Positions 20,901 to 30,800 of a stretch of 64,000 nucleotides of DNA are shown in pieces. The stretch is taken from positions 1-64,000 of the IMG/VR virus record IMGVR_UViG_3300021387_000090; one strand, given 5' to 3'. Position numbers and translations under genes: made by a program. Below the pieces are notes generated by a model that saw only the letters and a list, made by a program, of their open reading frames with translations, searched no databases and had not been told where the DNA came from. The stretch comes from a virus. Taxonomy: Duplodnaviria; Caudoviricetes. The first letter of the stretch is position 1; each line of letters opens with the position of its first letter.

Positions 20901-23900
20901 TATCAGATGGGACGTATTCAGATAACATTGAAAAACTAAAAGAGAATCTTGAGCAATTACAAGAACTCCAAGCAAAAGAAGATCCTAATTCTAAGGAATG
21001 GCAAGAATGGCAAGAAATCATTAATGAAGTTAATAATGAACTTCGTGAAATGGAGATTCTTCAAAACACTGTGATGGATCAAGATAAAATGACTGATTTG
21101 CTTGGAAAAGCAAATCAATTTGGTTATAGAGATCCAACTACTGGAGAGCAAAAAACTTTATCTGCTAAATTAGTATATAAAGATGTTGAAGAAGCTACTG
21201 AAGATTTGGTTCAATTTGAAGAAGCCCGTAGACAACTTCTTGAAAAGAAAGAATTGAATGGCGGTATCCTTTCTGAAGAAGATCAAGCAAGCTTAGATGC
21301 GATTAGTGCTATTCTTTCATATATTCTTGGACAAAAGCAACAGTTTGAACAGCCTTGGGTTATGTCTGTAGATACTAGTCAATTAGATGCGAAAACTGGT
21401 GCTTTTATAAGCAAATTAAAAGAATATTATAAAACCGTAGAACTGATCCAACAATTGAAAGAACAGGGTAATTTAGGAACCACTGAAGGTCAGGCTGAAT
21501 TAGAGAAGTCTAAACAATTACTTGAAGAAATTCGGCAATTAGATAAAGAATCTGGGGGACAATTATCTGCTTCTATAGGTTTAGAGCTTAATGAAGGAAA
21601 TATTCCTGATCAACTTAAATCTATCTTTGGTTTTAAAGACGGAGAAGCGGTCAATGGTAAATTGACAGTTGTTATTGATGAAGATGCATTCAATCTTAGT
21701 CATACGCCTGTTGATGATTGGATTACCAAAGTAGAGTCAGAAAATGTTGGAATTACTATTGTTTTTAAAGATGCTCAAGGTAATGATATTACTAGTTTGG
21801 TGTTGGGGCAACATAGTATTATAAATAGAGGAGGTGTTGGGGCAGGTGGTATATTTGGTCTTCCTCCAAAAGCCAATTCTAATTCTAATCCTGGCTCTAA
21901 TAATAATTCTTATAATAATCAAAACACGACTACTGCTGAGATCCCTCTTCTTGAAAAGAGCGTATCTCTTAGTGAGAAATCAAAACGTCATCAAAAAAAT
22001 TATCAACAGCAACAACAACAACAATATGATGATGAAATATATAATGCGGCCTTAAGAGTATATGAGGCCGCAGAAGACGCTACCAAACGAGGGTTGGGGG
22101 AAGTTGCTCAAAAGGATCTTCAAGATTGGTTACAGATCTTAGAAGAAGGTGATGGCGGTACTGAGAAAGCTTCTGAATCTGTAAAGCAAAAAATCAGAGA
22201 ATTGTTTTTAGGATTGGATGTCGATGACCCTAATGCTATTGCAAACCCTGTGAAAGAAACTGAAAAGGCGGCTGATGCATTAGCGAAAGCTACGAATAAC
22301 TTAAGCAAAGAGCAAGATACTAATAACGAAAAGCAAAAAGAATATAATAAGGAATTAGAAAAAACAATTAACCTATCTAACGAGAGGGACGATATAGGGA
22401 CTCAATCTCGTGGGGACACAACTCAAATAATAACGGATCCATATGTAGGGCCTATGTCAGAGCCAGAACCAGAGCCAATAGGATATGGTCATGGTGCGAA
22501 AATTAAAGTTGACGTTGAAGCCGAAGCAGAAGAAGGGTCTGGCAAAGAAGCTGTAGAAGAAATCAAAAAAGAAGTTGATTCTTCACCTACGGTTGAAGTA
22601 AAACCTGAATTTGACTATTCTTCTCTTTCAGGTAATGAACAGCAACTTTATGATGAAGCTAAAGAATTTGTAGAATATGGCGAAGAGTCATTTAAGGTTT
22701 GGTATAACCAACACTTAGAAGAAATTCGTAATGCATCTACTGAATTACAAAATGCAATCAACGAGTTGTTAAACGGTGGGTCTGAGGGATCTAATGGTCA
22801 AACCGCAGAGGTGGAAGTTGGTGTTACGGTTCCAGATAATGCCGCTGAACAATTGTCTGGTGATATTGGCACTGTAGATGTAGAAACACAATTTAAATCA
22901 CCTACAGTACCAACAAATGAAATTGATTCTGGAAGTACTTATACTCTTGATACTTCTGATGCTGAAAAAGGATTAGATAATATTGTAGAAGGTGCGGAAG
23001 ATGTTGAAACAGCAATTGGCAACGCTTCAAAAAAACAATTGGGTGATGTGGGGACGCCTATAACCCGTCAACAATTAGATGATACAATCACCAAACTTAC
23101 TAGTGTTGGAAATACTACAGATGAAGTATCTACACACAATATTGGAGATTTAGGCGCTATCGCTGCTTCTTCGTATATGAGTACGCTTGACTCAGACATA
23201 AAAAATGTTGGAACTGATTTTGATAGTTTAAATCGAACCGCTACTCTTACATTAAATATAAAAACCAATGGGAGTGTCCCTGAAGGTGGGACTATAAGTA
23301 GCACAGGCGGGACAGGTAATTATAAAGGCACTGCTTCTTTTGCTCACGGTACTTGGTCATTTGGTCAAGCGTTCGCTAAAGGTAACATTGGAGCGCCCAG
23401 AAGTGAAGAAGCATTAGTTGGTGAACTTGGCCCTGAAATGCGTGTACGTGGTTCTCGTTGGGAGTTACTGGGGCAAAATGGCCCCGAGTTCCGTGATATC
23501 AGGAAAAATGACATAGTTTTTGACGCAGACCAGACCGCTGATCTTCTCTCCCGAGGGAAAACAGATAGACGAGGTAAGGCTTTTGCTCATGGTACTAGTG
23601 GAACGGCTTATGGAAGGTTTAAACGAAATCCTGATGATGCAGGTGGAAGTTCTAGTAATTCTGGTTCAAGTGGTAGCAAAGGTAATAGTGGTAACACAGG
23701 TAATAATAACGGTAATAACAATACTGAAAAAGAAACCAAATCTGCACTTGATACCCTTAAAGAAGGTTGGGGTAGAATAATTGATTGGGTTGCTGTAAAA
23801 CTTGAAGATTATAGCAGACGAGTGGATAAGTTGATGTCTAAAGCTGAACGCACTTGGACTAAACTTGAAGTTCGTGATAAATATTATGATCGTGCCATTC

Positions 23901-26900
23901 GTAAAATAGATGCTTCTATTAAAATTACCAGTAAAGGTGCTGATCGTTATAGTAGACGAGCCGAGGGTGTTTTGCGTCAAGGGAAAAATGCTATTGGTAC
24001 GAAGAGTTCTGATGCTCGAAAAGCACAAAAAGAAATTGATGAAGCAGTAGCTTTAATTAAAGCCGGTGGTAATGTTAAACATATCAAGACATATTCTGAA
24101 GATGCCAAGACTGTTATTGATGAATATCAGAAATGGTATGATCTTGCAAGAGATACGCAAGATAAGCTTGATGAACTTGAAGATCAGCGTCATGAATTAG
24201 AGAAGTCAAGAATTGAATTGTTAACTAATCGTTTTGATAGTAAAATCAATCATATTTCTTCTAAAGCAGAACGAGTGCAATCACAGATATCTGCACTTGA
24301 ATCTATGGATATGTTTGCTGATTCTAAACAGTATGAGCAAATTAATAAGTATAATCAGCAACAAATCAATCTTTATAATCAACAGATTGCAGCCTTTGAA
24401 AAAGGACAATCAAAAGTTGCGAAATATAGTGAAGATTGGTATGAATATCAAGACAGTATTGATTCTGCTAGAGCATCTATAGATGACTTAACTACTTCAA
24501 TGATTGAAAATGCTATGTCAGCGGCTCAACTTCATACTCAATTAGCGCAATTGAAGAATGAGAAGCTTGATAAGCAAAATGATATTCTTGATGCAAAGAT
24601 TGAACGTGATCAATTAGGTATTATAGATAGAAGGGGCATTACTGCCAAAGGACTTAATGTTCGTTCTTATGTTTATCAAAAGAATGCCAACACAGGACAA
24701 AAGGTTGCTAATTTGCGAACAGCAAATAATAGTAATGCGACTAATGTTCGTAATGCTACTAATAATCTTGCCAATGCTAAACAAACTAAAGAATACTCTG
24801 CTCTAATGAAGCAGATTGTTAGCGCCGCAAATGGTACAGATGAAATCCCTTCAAATTTAGTTTCTAAGATTTTCAGTGCTTTACAAGCAGATCCTAGCAA
24901 CACTACTCTTCAGTCCTTCTATAGGAAAGTTTTAGATTACAATGCTGCAATCAAAGCTTATGTACAGGGTCAATATGATTATGAGATGGCCCAGATTCAG
25001 GCTAAAGCGGATGCACAAGCCAATGCTGAAGCTATGAAGAGTAATCGTCAAGCTAGACGAGATGCTAGGAATGAAAAGGCTGAAAATTTGTATAATGTAA
25101 CTGCTAACTTATTTGAAAATGATAATGGTACAAATTTTGGCTATGGTCAATCAAAACGTGATGCAGAGGCAACAAAGATTGGTTTAAACAATAAAGCAGA
25201 TGATAAATATGTTAAAGAAGTATTGTCCGATCTTAGATCTACAACTAATAAAAATAATTCTGCTATTACTAAAGAATTAAATAAGAAAGGCAGTGTAAAC
25301 AAAAAGGGATATAAGCAAGCATTAAAGAATGCTCAAACTGCAATGAGTAGTGGCAAGCTTATTAGCGATGGTGATATTAATGTTATTCAAAAATACAATC
25401 CTGAATTAGCTGCTCAATTATTGATGTATAATTTCCAAGTAGGTGATGCTGAAGAAGCAAAATTAGAGCAAGCTACAAATTATGCGGCGAATAATGCTCG
25501 TTTGAATGAACTTACTAATGAGAAGTATGAAAAGCGAAAGAGTATTGCGGATAATAGGATTGAGCGGAATGATGCTTATATAGAGAATGGTACTTCAGAT
25601 ACTGAGAGAAACAAGTATTTATCTAAAAATAATCATCAAATAGATAATAAACTTAAGGAGAATTATGATCGTACCGAAGAATTCTTAGATCAAAGAGATA
25701 CTGCTGCTAAGAGAGTCAATAGACAAATCAAAAAAACAGATCTTGAGAGTATGCCTAAACATTATCGACAAGCTGTTGATCATGCTTTGAAAGATATTAA
25801 AAATGGATATTCTATTGGTGATGAATTCTTAGAAATAATTGCAGATGGTTATCAAAAGGGATATATAAGTTATACATTATATAAATCCTTTATTGATTAC
25901 AAAGAAGCCAATGAGTGGTATCGTCAATCAAAATATGCTCAAGAATTAGAGGCTCAGACTTTAAAGAAGCAGAAAGCACAAAATTCTGTTAAGATGCTTC
26001 AAAATATTGCTACCGAGCATGAACGTAGACGGGCAACAAGAACTAGAGGTCGTGCGGGAGAAAATATTAGAGGGATCACTGGTTATAATCGTAATGGTAC
26101 TAATGCTACTGCGGCTAATAGATCTTTCGCCCAAACAATGGGACATTATACAAATGTTGCTGATATTGAAGATGATATTATGACCGCTACAGAAAATTAT
26201 GCTGATGCATATCAAGAGTATCAGAAATTGAAAGATAAATTTGCTGAACAATATAAAGCTGGTGCTTTTGAAGAAGGTAGCGATGAATGGCATGAGCAAC
26301 TTGATATAATTGAAAATGCTCGTCAAAATATGGATGGGTTTGTCCAAAGCATTGAAGAATTGAAAGTTGAAATGCGAGATCTGGAATGGCAAAAGTTTGA
26401 TGATATGATGGCATCTATCAAAAGACTGAATGCTGAGTATGAGTATTTCCAAGGTTTGATCGCTAATGAAACTTTCTTTGACGAGGATAATAGAGGACAT
26501 ATTACTCGTTATGGTATGGCTGCGGGTTTGTTGCATAAAGAAGCATATCAAACTGATTTAAGCGAGGCATTAAAGTATCGTGATGAACTGATTGAATTGA
26601 ATGCACAAATTGAAGCAGGTATTAAGAACGGTGGTCTTGATGGAACTTCTAAAGATGTTATTGAGCGTCAAAGACAATTAACAGACGCTATTCGTGAGTC
26701 TGTAAATGCTGCTGAATCTGAGAAACAAGCTTTAATTGATTTGGTTCGTCAAGGTTATGAGGCACAACTCTCCGCTCTTAACAAATCAATTTCCAAATAC
26801 AAGGATCTGAAAGATGCTGAAAAAGAAGCCTATGATTATCAGAAAGATATTACTGAACAAACAAAGAATATTACTAATCTGCAAAAGCAATTGGCAGCAT

Positions 26901-27808
26901 TCGAGGGTAATACTTCTGAAGAATCTATTGCGACCGTGCAGAAACTGCAAGCTGATTTAGAGCAAGCTGAAAGTGATCTTCAAGATAAGCAATATGAAAA
27001 GTACTTATCTGATGCGCAAGATATGCTTGATGATCTTTCTAATAATTTCCAAGAGTGGATTGAATATTATATGAAAGATCGTGATCAGGTATTTGACGAT
27101 ATGCTGGAAGAACTGCGTGGTATTTCTTCTCATCTTGGAGATAATTTAGGAACTCTTTATCGTAATTCTAAAGATACAATGGATTTGTTAAAGGGTGTAG
27201 AAACTAACTATTTTGGAGATAAAAGCAATGAAACTCTTCAAACGCTCTCCAATGATGTTAAAATTGGTTTAATGGATATTAAGAATGATAAAACCAATCT
27301 TAATGATAAAGTTGTGAGTGGAATTGAAGAAGGATTCGAGAAAGTTGTAAATAAACAAGAATGGCGAGAATCTACTGAAAAGCAAATTAATAAGAAAGGA
27401 TACGCTTCAGGTAGTAAGAAGATTCTTTCTGATCAGCTTGCATGGACGCAAGAAAATGGTACAGAGGCTATTTATCGTAAATCTGATGGTGCTATTCTTA
27501 CACCTCTTGGTGCAGGTGATATGGTCTTCACTCATGCTATGACAGAACAATTATGGGAGTTGGCAAATATGAATATTCCTAATATGATTAAAGATTCGTT
27601 TGCACAACCTGTTGTTCAAAATCAGCAAGATGTTGTTATGAGTCCTAATACTAATATTCAGATGAATATTACTTTACCGAACGTGAAGAACTATGATGAG
27701 TTTAAACAAGCTATGCTTAATGATAAGCAATTCCAGAATGGTATACAAGCTATGACTTTAGGAGCCGCTATGGGACATAATTCATTAAGTAAGTTGAAGT
27801 ATTCGTAA
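11906..27808 (+). CDS. giant tail tape measure protein (5300 aa)
   Basis: TP901-type core at ~17180-18070 (EQLAAISAKVAERTREDGSTIGNALKTI), hydrophobic segments, extensive coiled coil, and LVGELGPE and GYASG..AWTQENG motifs typical of tape measure C-termini. Confidence 0.9.
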   Translation: MAEKIKGMEPVSANEVGRALADIINPVLADAQKRGKGKAEVELNIKQTTSGGDQVRKDLKKTQKALDEVAKARKALSKSLEKKSGFDRIISFASPDQIKERILGSLSAYNDLRFKYPKQNKKDAPKSQMSAVVTDIWNQINSYQAVMGNSKTALSDLSAYVQEQIKDDTDIKEKDLFDTFLRENSNTVRSTVAQYIEDYKNALLVGIKDGEKTLVKYVKNAAEKINSDKAGKKNFVPIDIDRLEKDYLDFDTVFEDEEVIKELQKNLQGRDAGKWTNKIIQDAVTARKNRIEQLKKYFISAEEAEKKIVSLIKLQKDQSEIAEELTAKFDAEDISQKEIDEINNQLSSIDETINQLLSNKFKYIAAQLAMGNNKILELDKATDESNDYSYSYYLKQNFKDIGELRDSIIHDIFDISQLKSSISGNQLSLSVKENAFLMDEADLALQKLRAEFIKGAIPDIDSFVKIIQKEYTTEFEKTWNIDKNGKFGPIHGGEANEVFGNFNETANLQSNWHTHSTTPVPSAITRKKEGDWFTWLNKAITSNETFGQKNVIPYFGIRGKDYSVIVDFSDIKPKDKAGLYDDFKKFEYPEGDWRKDWMGVLETQKDIFRKRGYDPEKIIQVFKNSELDAMTNESIQQTLDLSKALIQARQDALNAVQVTTKAIKEQKAEAKPSTPNPSTQRHSPSLPSKPQQTPAPQIKQEAEARQENAEAAREEAKAVEESNEKKFVPYSKKDVLEVVNSKKEKARKFPQHIFKKYGVQESDSLEETLASYISAMEDYKEERDEENARLIKLVTTSYNQIMQKQFESGKGEVPKDFPFKDRKFAEGAVTYLNYQNAEKYFNEAIENLKQQIEAAKQAIPTPEEVQEEVNAVVSDEISTVSNPPAPRDIMGPFRALTKEMIESRLEQMDSMFEDPNKIIEYYHLPTNKKNKTYKEVWQRALKKVTNYFDYDKEIEKLIEDSKDSTKEYGGYEAASWVMDPSLLTERLQFLKDELVRIKYLEEVVSGFASEYKALNLSEITSLIDEHSISIPDPDELFASYGVTSENRSIETLLEAEQKFIEERAEQQAEIENKLVELYNTLAKEGENPFEDARFLQLAGDYQFFQKGADLFIEEIEHVREEIQRDAEMSRERIRNAIDERLRDIVVDEEQPSIERGELLELAEQRKQATENIAIEQKAEAEKLESNSAVINQERQATDGLRNSTNAATEASKQHTASMAQEAAQVENLKNAAQQAADSMKGLNNAKQESAFSGGNGAVPPTGGGGSTPPPTSPPPTNGSSGNGPNGPNGPSNEDLEKLLATINSITNELRELQRLEQEASTNPQPFTDYAFEIEKAKEQLRLYKLELEDLLQTKFHSSSNDLSDINFLNQFSYSAKQNSAFQSGLGDMQKAGSDLGITYMQQAKAVFTQYIEEFQRYLSMMEGNTTGNFDASLEEQRQTVLRLQNAYQSLYSEMQKMSSSGMAKIDFATFENGMQSLFDTANKLESTDSKEKIIDSYIEKIASLREQFRNMGDSAPTGFISSLDLMKSELQSLKEQIQQGTITWNEFHKAMMSGGYSTDLGKMDSFLNIQPIIDQFEGVANDRIPEFTKELESLKQKFAELMSTTDPKRIKELSNEMLGLVKQLTDLDKIIVHDTGKGTLFDVGQIKSIDDMRQKMDAFAQSAKLGSLQSQKLSTDGKTLTRIYQDASGRVYELKGRIDEETQAWRANLQTKSNVNNFLKGFSSSFVGLAKNLTMFVSVGRLAMKVRQEFSKGLNTFKEYDKTLTQISYTMNLTKSELSDLGQSAVNMAKDLSMSLSNAEAVFQIYANMNTTAEEIQKTAKPTVILSNLSGVDASKAADEVQGILQQFNMLKDSEEDVADVSMHIVDVLDNISANVAMDYAKGIDVITQAVTATGQVAYDAGMSFEQLAAISAKVAERTREDGSTIGNALKTIITRTSKVGKMPQYSDEVDNETLSKASESLSAVGIKVYEANGEMRSMIDILSDLREKWDGLSDAQKSNIAFNIAATRQTSKFKNILEAWNDAMSLAKEATTAQGNALANQEKFQESFAGKTQEIRTQMDAFWINFFNSDAVDNILDFVINLTEAFNGLADAISPVGALLTTVFGGIVVKSISSGLYQGIIGAFGASGLKKAIIKAFASFKFNSLLKQGMDDGTIEQTMKNRFSSLGLANYTKATLQAELAGKSLLKTLGLTALGIAAVTAGVYLGVKAYQRFGMSTDLIIKRNNKLIESQKKIAKQHQEVIDENNKNADSLQNLLEKYEEAEIGSQDYYNIRAQIAEQFPNLITGYDSEGRAIIANTELIRQQIEAYRNLSVAEQEAMREEAGENIDKAINGEKTGFWMFGTGDNGVKTLIAQRNKDIASLKELDDTEEKWQKDHDRLIREMNDTTLSMRDRTRAREEYEMLGPSPKEANDLLREGYQSSIKEANTQLSTLHSYFKSQYALIAGDLSDLSTDQISAMDQLEQLMSRYFENGSDFSDAADSIKHMGDMQAKNLSDLISSLLTPDLSNINVQEYKEVMEERLQSVYSLLQKYMNADDYAELVYQMDINGGAERIEQQIESIVSNVNYQNIAQKLGINLEEVLNGLNVKELNIFDPDAFFSEQVQRQIYSKWGNVIKNLNNVTLLSLQDIDWNSILASAGSYANIADIANQIISTGILGDPEKITIPIQAAIDKMAEWGWIVDDTAEGIKNQFDLIQSSISESLSNLSKSYDIYNTAITESNKNGYLSQETYSELIARNAEYADAITETASGLTLDTKKMRNLNREEKKGIQKKLTKERIDLANQYDKNTKKIEEYSKELVKAQTEERKNELTNFINNLLDSNSAIESNIGSLRDLQNQLNATGTAWDEWQKAQNSGNPSDRYFEAGKGFDAWEELRKKGLTGTDDYQSFVRLLTGLENEETVTSKETAKFMEYLNKRYFTEDRSGLQNLYDDIEAVYKENGLESLILENGELDITNTKMIAKLLSEKYQKKYGKNSGLTAEALEILLGAGSDFNMGDPLSDGTYSDNIEKLKENLEQLQELQAKEDPNSKEWQEWQEIINEVNNELREMEILQNTVMDQDKMTDLLGKANQFGYRDPTTGEQKTLSAKLVYKDVEEATEDLVQFEEARRQLLEKKELNGGILSEEDQASLDAISAILSYILGQKQQFEQPWVMSVDTSQLDAKTGAFISKLKEYYKTVELIQQLKEQGNLGTTEGQAELEKSKQLLEEIRQLDKESGGQLSASIGLELNEGNIPDQLKSIFGFKDGEAVNGKLTVVIDEDAFNLSHTPVDDWITKVESENVGITIVFKDAQGNDITSLVLGQHSIINRGGVGAGGIFGLPPKANSNSNPGSNNNSYNNQNTTTAEIPLLEKSVSLSEKSKRHQKNYQQQQQQQYDDEIYNAALRVYEAAEDATKRGLGEVAQKDLQDWLQILEEGDGGTEKASESVKQKIRELFLGLDVDDPNAIANPVKETEKAADALAKATNNLSKEQDTNNEKQKEYNKELEKTINLSNERDDIGTQSRGDTTQIITDPYVGPMSEPEPEPIGYGHGAKIKVDVEAEAEEGSGKEAVEEIKKEVDSSPTVEVKPEFDYSSLSGNEQQLYDEAKEFVEYGEESFKVWYNQHLEEIRNASTELQNAINELLNGGSEGSNGQTAEVEVGVTVPDNAAEQLSGDIGTVDVETQFKSPTVPTNEIDSGSTYTLDTSDAEKGLDNIVEGAEDVETAIGNASKKQLGDVGTPITRQQLDDTITKLTSVGNTTDEVSTHNIGDLGAIAASSYMSTLDSDIKNVGTDFDSLNRTATLTLNIKTNGSVPEGGTISSTGGTGNYKGTASFAHGTWSFGQAFAKGNIGAPRSEEALVGELGPEMRVRGSRWELLGQNGPEFRDIRKNDIVFDADQTADLLSRGKTDRRGKAFAHGTSGTAYGRFKRNPDDAGGSSSNSGSSGSKGNSGNTGNNNGNNNTEKETKSALDTLKEGWGRIIDWVAVKLEDYSRRVDKLMSKAERTWTKLEVRDKYYDRAIRKIDASIKITSKGADRYSRRAEGVLRQGKNAIGTKSSDARKAQKEIDEAVALIKAGGNVKHIKTYSEDAKTVIDEYQKWYDLARDTQDKLDELEDQRHELEKSRIELLTNRFDSKINHISSKAERVQSQISALESMDMFADSKQYEQINKYNQQQINLYNQQIAAFEKGQSKVAKYSEDWYEYQDSIDSARASIDDLTTSMIENAMSAAQLHTQLAQLKNEKLDKQNDILDAKIERDQLGIIDRRGITAKGLNVRSYVYQKNANTGQKVANLRTANNSNATNVRNATNNLANAKQTKEYSALMKQIVSAANGTDEIPSNLVSKIFSALQADPSNTTLQSFYRKVLDYNAAIKAYVQGQYDYEMAQIQAKADAQANAEAMKSNRQARRDARNEKAENLYNVTANLFENDNGTNFGYGQSKRDAEATKIGLNNKADDKYVKEVLSDLRSTTNKNNSAITKELNKKGSVNKKGYKQALKNAQTAMSSGKLISDGDINVIQKYNPELAAQLLMYNFQVGDAEEAKLEQATNYAANNARLNELTNEKYEKRKSIADNRIERNDAYIENGTSDTERNKYLSKNNHQIDNKLKENYDRTEEFLDQRDTAAKRVNRQIKKTDLESMPKHYRQAVDHALKDIKNGYSIGDEFLEIIADGYQKGYISYTLYKSFIDYKEANEWYRQSKYAQELEAQTLKKQKAQNSVKMLQNIATEHERRRATRTRGRAGENIRGITGYNRNGTNATAANRSFAQTMGHYTNVADIEDDIMTATENYADAYQEYQKLKDKFAEQYKAGAFEEGSDEWHEQLDIIENARQNMDGFVQSIEELKVEMRDLEWQKFDDMMASIKRLNAEYEYFQGLIANETFFDEDNRGHITRYGMAAGLLHKEAYQTDLSEALKYRDELIELNAQIEAGIKNGGLDGTSKDVIERQRQLTDAIRESVNAAESEKQALIDLVRQGYEAQLSALNKSISKYKDLKDAEKEAYDYQKDITEQTKNITNLQKQLAAFEGNTSEESIATVQKLQADLEQAESDLQDKQYEKYLSDAQDMLDDLSNNFQEWIEYYMKDRDQVFDDMLEELRGISSHLGDNLGTLYRNSKDTMDLLKGVETNYFGDKSNETLQTLSNDVKIGLMDIKNDKTNLNDKVVSGIEEGFEKVVNKQEWRESTEKQINKKGYASGSKKILSDQLAWTQENGTEAIYRKSDGAILTPLGAGDMVFTHAMTEQLWELANMNIPNMIKDSFAQPVVQNQQDVVMSPNTNIQMNITLPNVKNYDEFKQAMLNDKQFQNGIQAMTLGAAMGHNSLSKLKYS

Positions 27809-27820
27809 CTAATAATCTTT

Positions 27821-27859
27821 ATAAGGCCGAGGATGAAAATCTTCGGCCTTATTTTTTTT
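27821..27859 (+). terminator. intrinsic terminator
   Basis: ataaggccgaggat-GAAA-atcttcggccttat followed by a T run. Confidence 0.8.
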
Positions 27860-27883
27860 ACAAAATAAGAAAGGAGGGAGAAA

Positions 27884-30800
27884 ATGTCAAAACTGTCTTT
27901 TACGAAAGATAATAGAATTGAAGATTTTACTTTTATTATTGCTAGGAAAGATTTTTATAAGCATGGAATTATCAAAGGGACTGACGTTAATTATAAATCA
28001 AATTTTAATGGCCCTGATGAAATATCATTAAGGGTTTATAAAAACGATGTCTTGGCAGACAATTTATGGGATCGTATAAATGATTATAATATTCTTATTG
28101 TCCCTGAATTAGGTGATGATGGCTTCTTTGAAATGGATGTTGATTTAAATGAAGATAGTGAGGGACTGTCTAAAACAATTACTGGGACATCACTGGCTGA
28201 AGCTGAATTATCTCATTCAAAAATTTATAATTATGAAGTTAACACAGAAGCGGAACGAATTAATGATAAAGAATGGAATGCTAATTATCTTACTGTTTTG
28301 TATAGGGATCTAAGTCAATATGAAAGCGATCCAGATCAATATAAGAAAATGAAGCATGTTTCGTTATTGCATCGTTTACTTGACAAGTTACCTAATTATA
28401 CAATAGCTCATGTAGATGCTACTCTTCTCTCTCTGACTGAATGGTATCAATTTTCATGGGATGATACGGATGTATATAGTATTTTAACTGGTGATGTTGC
28501 AGAACAATATCATGTTTATTTTAAATTTAATTCACGATATAGAACAATATCTGTTTATGATTTATATTCCGTCTGTAATAATGATAACTGTAGTTATAGG
28601 ACAAAAATGTTAGAAGATCGTAATATCACCACTCGCTATCGTGGTGATTTTAGAGATAAATGTCCTTATTGTGGGTCAACAAATGTGACCAATGGATATG
28701 GTAAATTTACGAAAATTTTAGTTTCAAAAGATAATTTAACTACTTCGGCCTCTGTAGCTTCTAATAAGGATTCATTAATTAACTCTTTTAAAATTAAAAG
28801 TGGCGATGATCTCATGGACGCTGCAGTAATGAATCAAAATCCAAATGGCAGTAATTATATTTATCAGTTTTCCGAAGAAAACAAAGCTGAAATGCCACCA
28901 GAACTGGTAAGTACATTAGAGGCATATAATGTTGAGTATGATAAATACTATAATGGTGATGTAGCGTCTGGTAAAGGTATATATAGTTTTACTTCTGCTC
29001 AGATAAGCGCATATAATGCATTGATAGATAGAATTACTGGTCATTTTACTGAAAAAACTTTAAAAGATTTTATTAAATTAAAATCGCCATATATAGGTTA
29101 TCAGTCATTGGCGGCTCAATATTATTCAGTATTAGATTTACTGGCATTTTTTGAAACTTCAATGACTCCAGATGTTGAAACGAATCATGATTCTTTGGAA
29201 TATACAAAAGCATTACTTGAAGCTGATGGTGCATTAACTCCTTTAGCAGTTATGGATCCTTCATCTTCTTATCAAAATAATATTGAAAATGCGGTTTTAC
29301 AAAGTGCGAATTGTATAATCAATACTGCTTTATATGATTTAAAGGTAAATACGAATAGTTGGACTCATGCTTCTTCTCAAAGTGGAACTGGAACTTGGAA
29401 GGGTACTATTACTATTGAGACAATTGAATATAAAAATACCGAAGAAGCTGCTGAAAATACAACCACTACAAAAGAATTAACATTGACAATTACTGGTGAT
29501 GTTACAACTTATGTAAAACAACGAGTTGAAAAATTAATTGCTCGTAAGGATGCTAAAATCAAACCTCTTACTGATCTTACTGAATTTGCTATTGAATCTG
29601 ATTCTCCTGAAGCACAAGCGGCCTATAAAGAACAATTACATTATTATAGTTTAAATATTTTGGAAAAGATTGTAGAACCCGCTTTTGAAGATGTATTAAG
29701 TATTGTACAAGATTCTGGTAATAGAATTAATGAGTTGTATTATAAAATTTATTATGATAGAACGCAATTCATTCAAGATGAAATTGTGAGACGACAAAAA
29801 GAAGTAAATCTGATAAAGTCTATCAAAGATATATTTGATACATATAGAAATGCAACTAAAAATGCTCTTAACTTCCAGAATTTCTTAGGAACAGATCTTT
29901 ATAATATGTTCTGTAACTATCGTAGAGAGGATACTTATAGCAATCAAAATTATATTTCTGACACGTTAACCAACAATGAAATCATGCGTAGGGCGGGTGA
30001 CCTTTTAGATACTGCGCAGAAAGAATTATATAAAGCTTCTAATCTTCAATTTGAAGTAAGTGGCAGTTTAAACAACCTTTTAGCGCTGCCTGAGTTTGCT
30101 CCTATTCGTGACGAATTTGAAGTTGGTAATTGGATACATATGAGCGTTGCTGATAAGATTTACAATCTTCGGTTACTCTCCTATCAGATTAATTTTAACG
30201 AGTTACAAAGTATAGATGTTGAATTTTCTACCGTAGAAAAAATATGGAGCGGTGCGTCTGATATTCAATCCGTTCTTAAATCTGCGGGTAGTATTGCAGG
30301 ATCGTATAGTAATACGCAATCACAAGTAAGACAATATGCAGATCCTGTCGCACAGGTTAAAGGATGGGTTGATAAAGGACTTGAAGCTACTAAGACAAAA
30401 TTTGTAGATGATAATACTACACAGGAAATTGTTTATGATTCCAGTGGCTTCTATGCTAGAGGATATGATGAAATAACTGGTACTTATCTTAAGCAACAAA
30501 TTAAGATCAATAAAAATGGTTTATATACTACCAAGAATAACTGGAAAACAATAGATGCTGGCATTGGTGCCATTTCTTATTACAATCCTGATAATGGTGA
30601 ATATATAGATGATTATGGCGTAATTGCTAAAACCGTTGTTGGCAAATTATTTTTAGGTGAAAAGCTTAAGATATATAGTGGTGATGGCACATCTGTTGCT
30701 AAAATGACAATGGATGGTAATGGATTGGTTGTTACTAATGGTACGGCTAGTGTCAAGATTGATCCTAATGCCAGTAACATATTTCAGATATTAAAAGGTA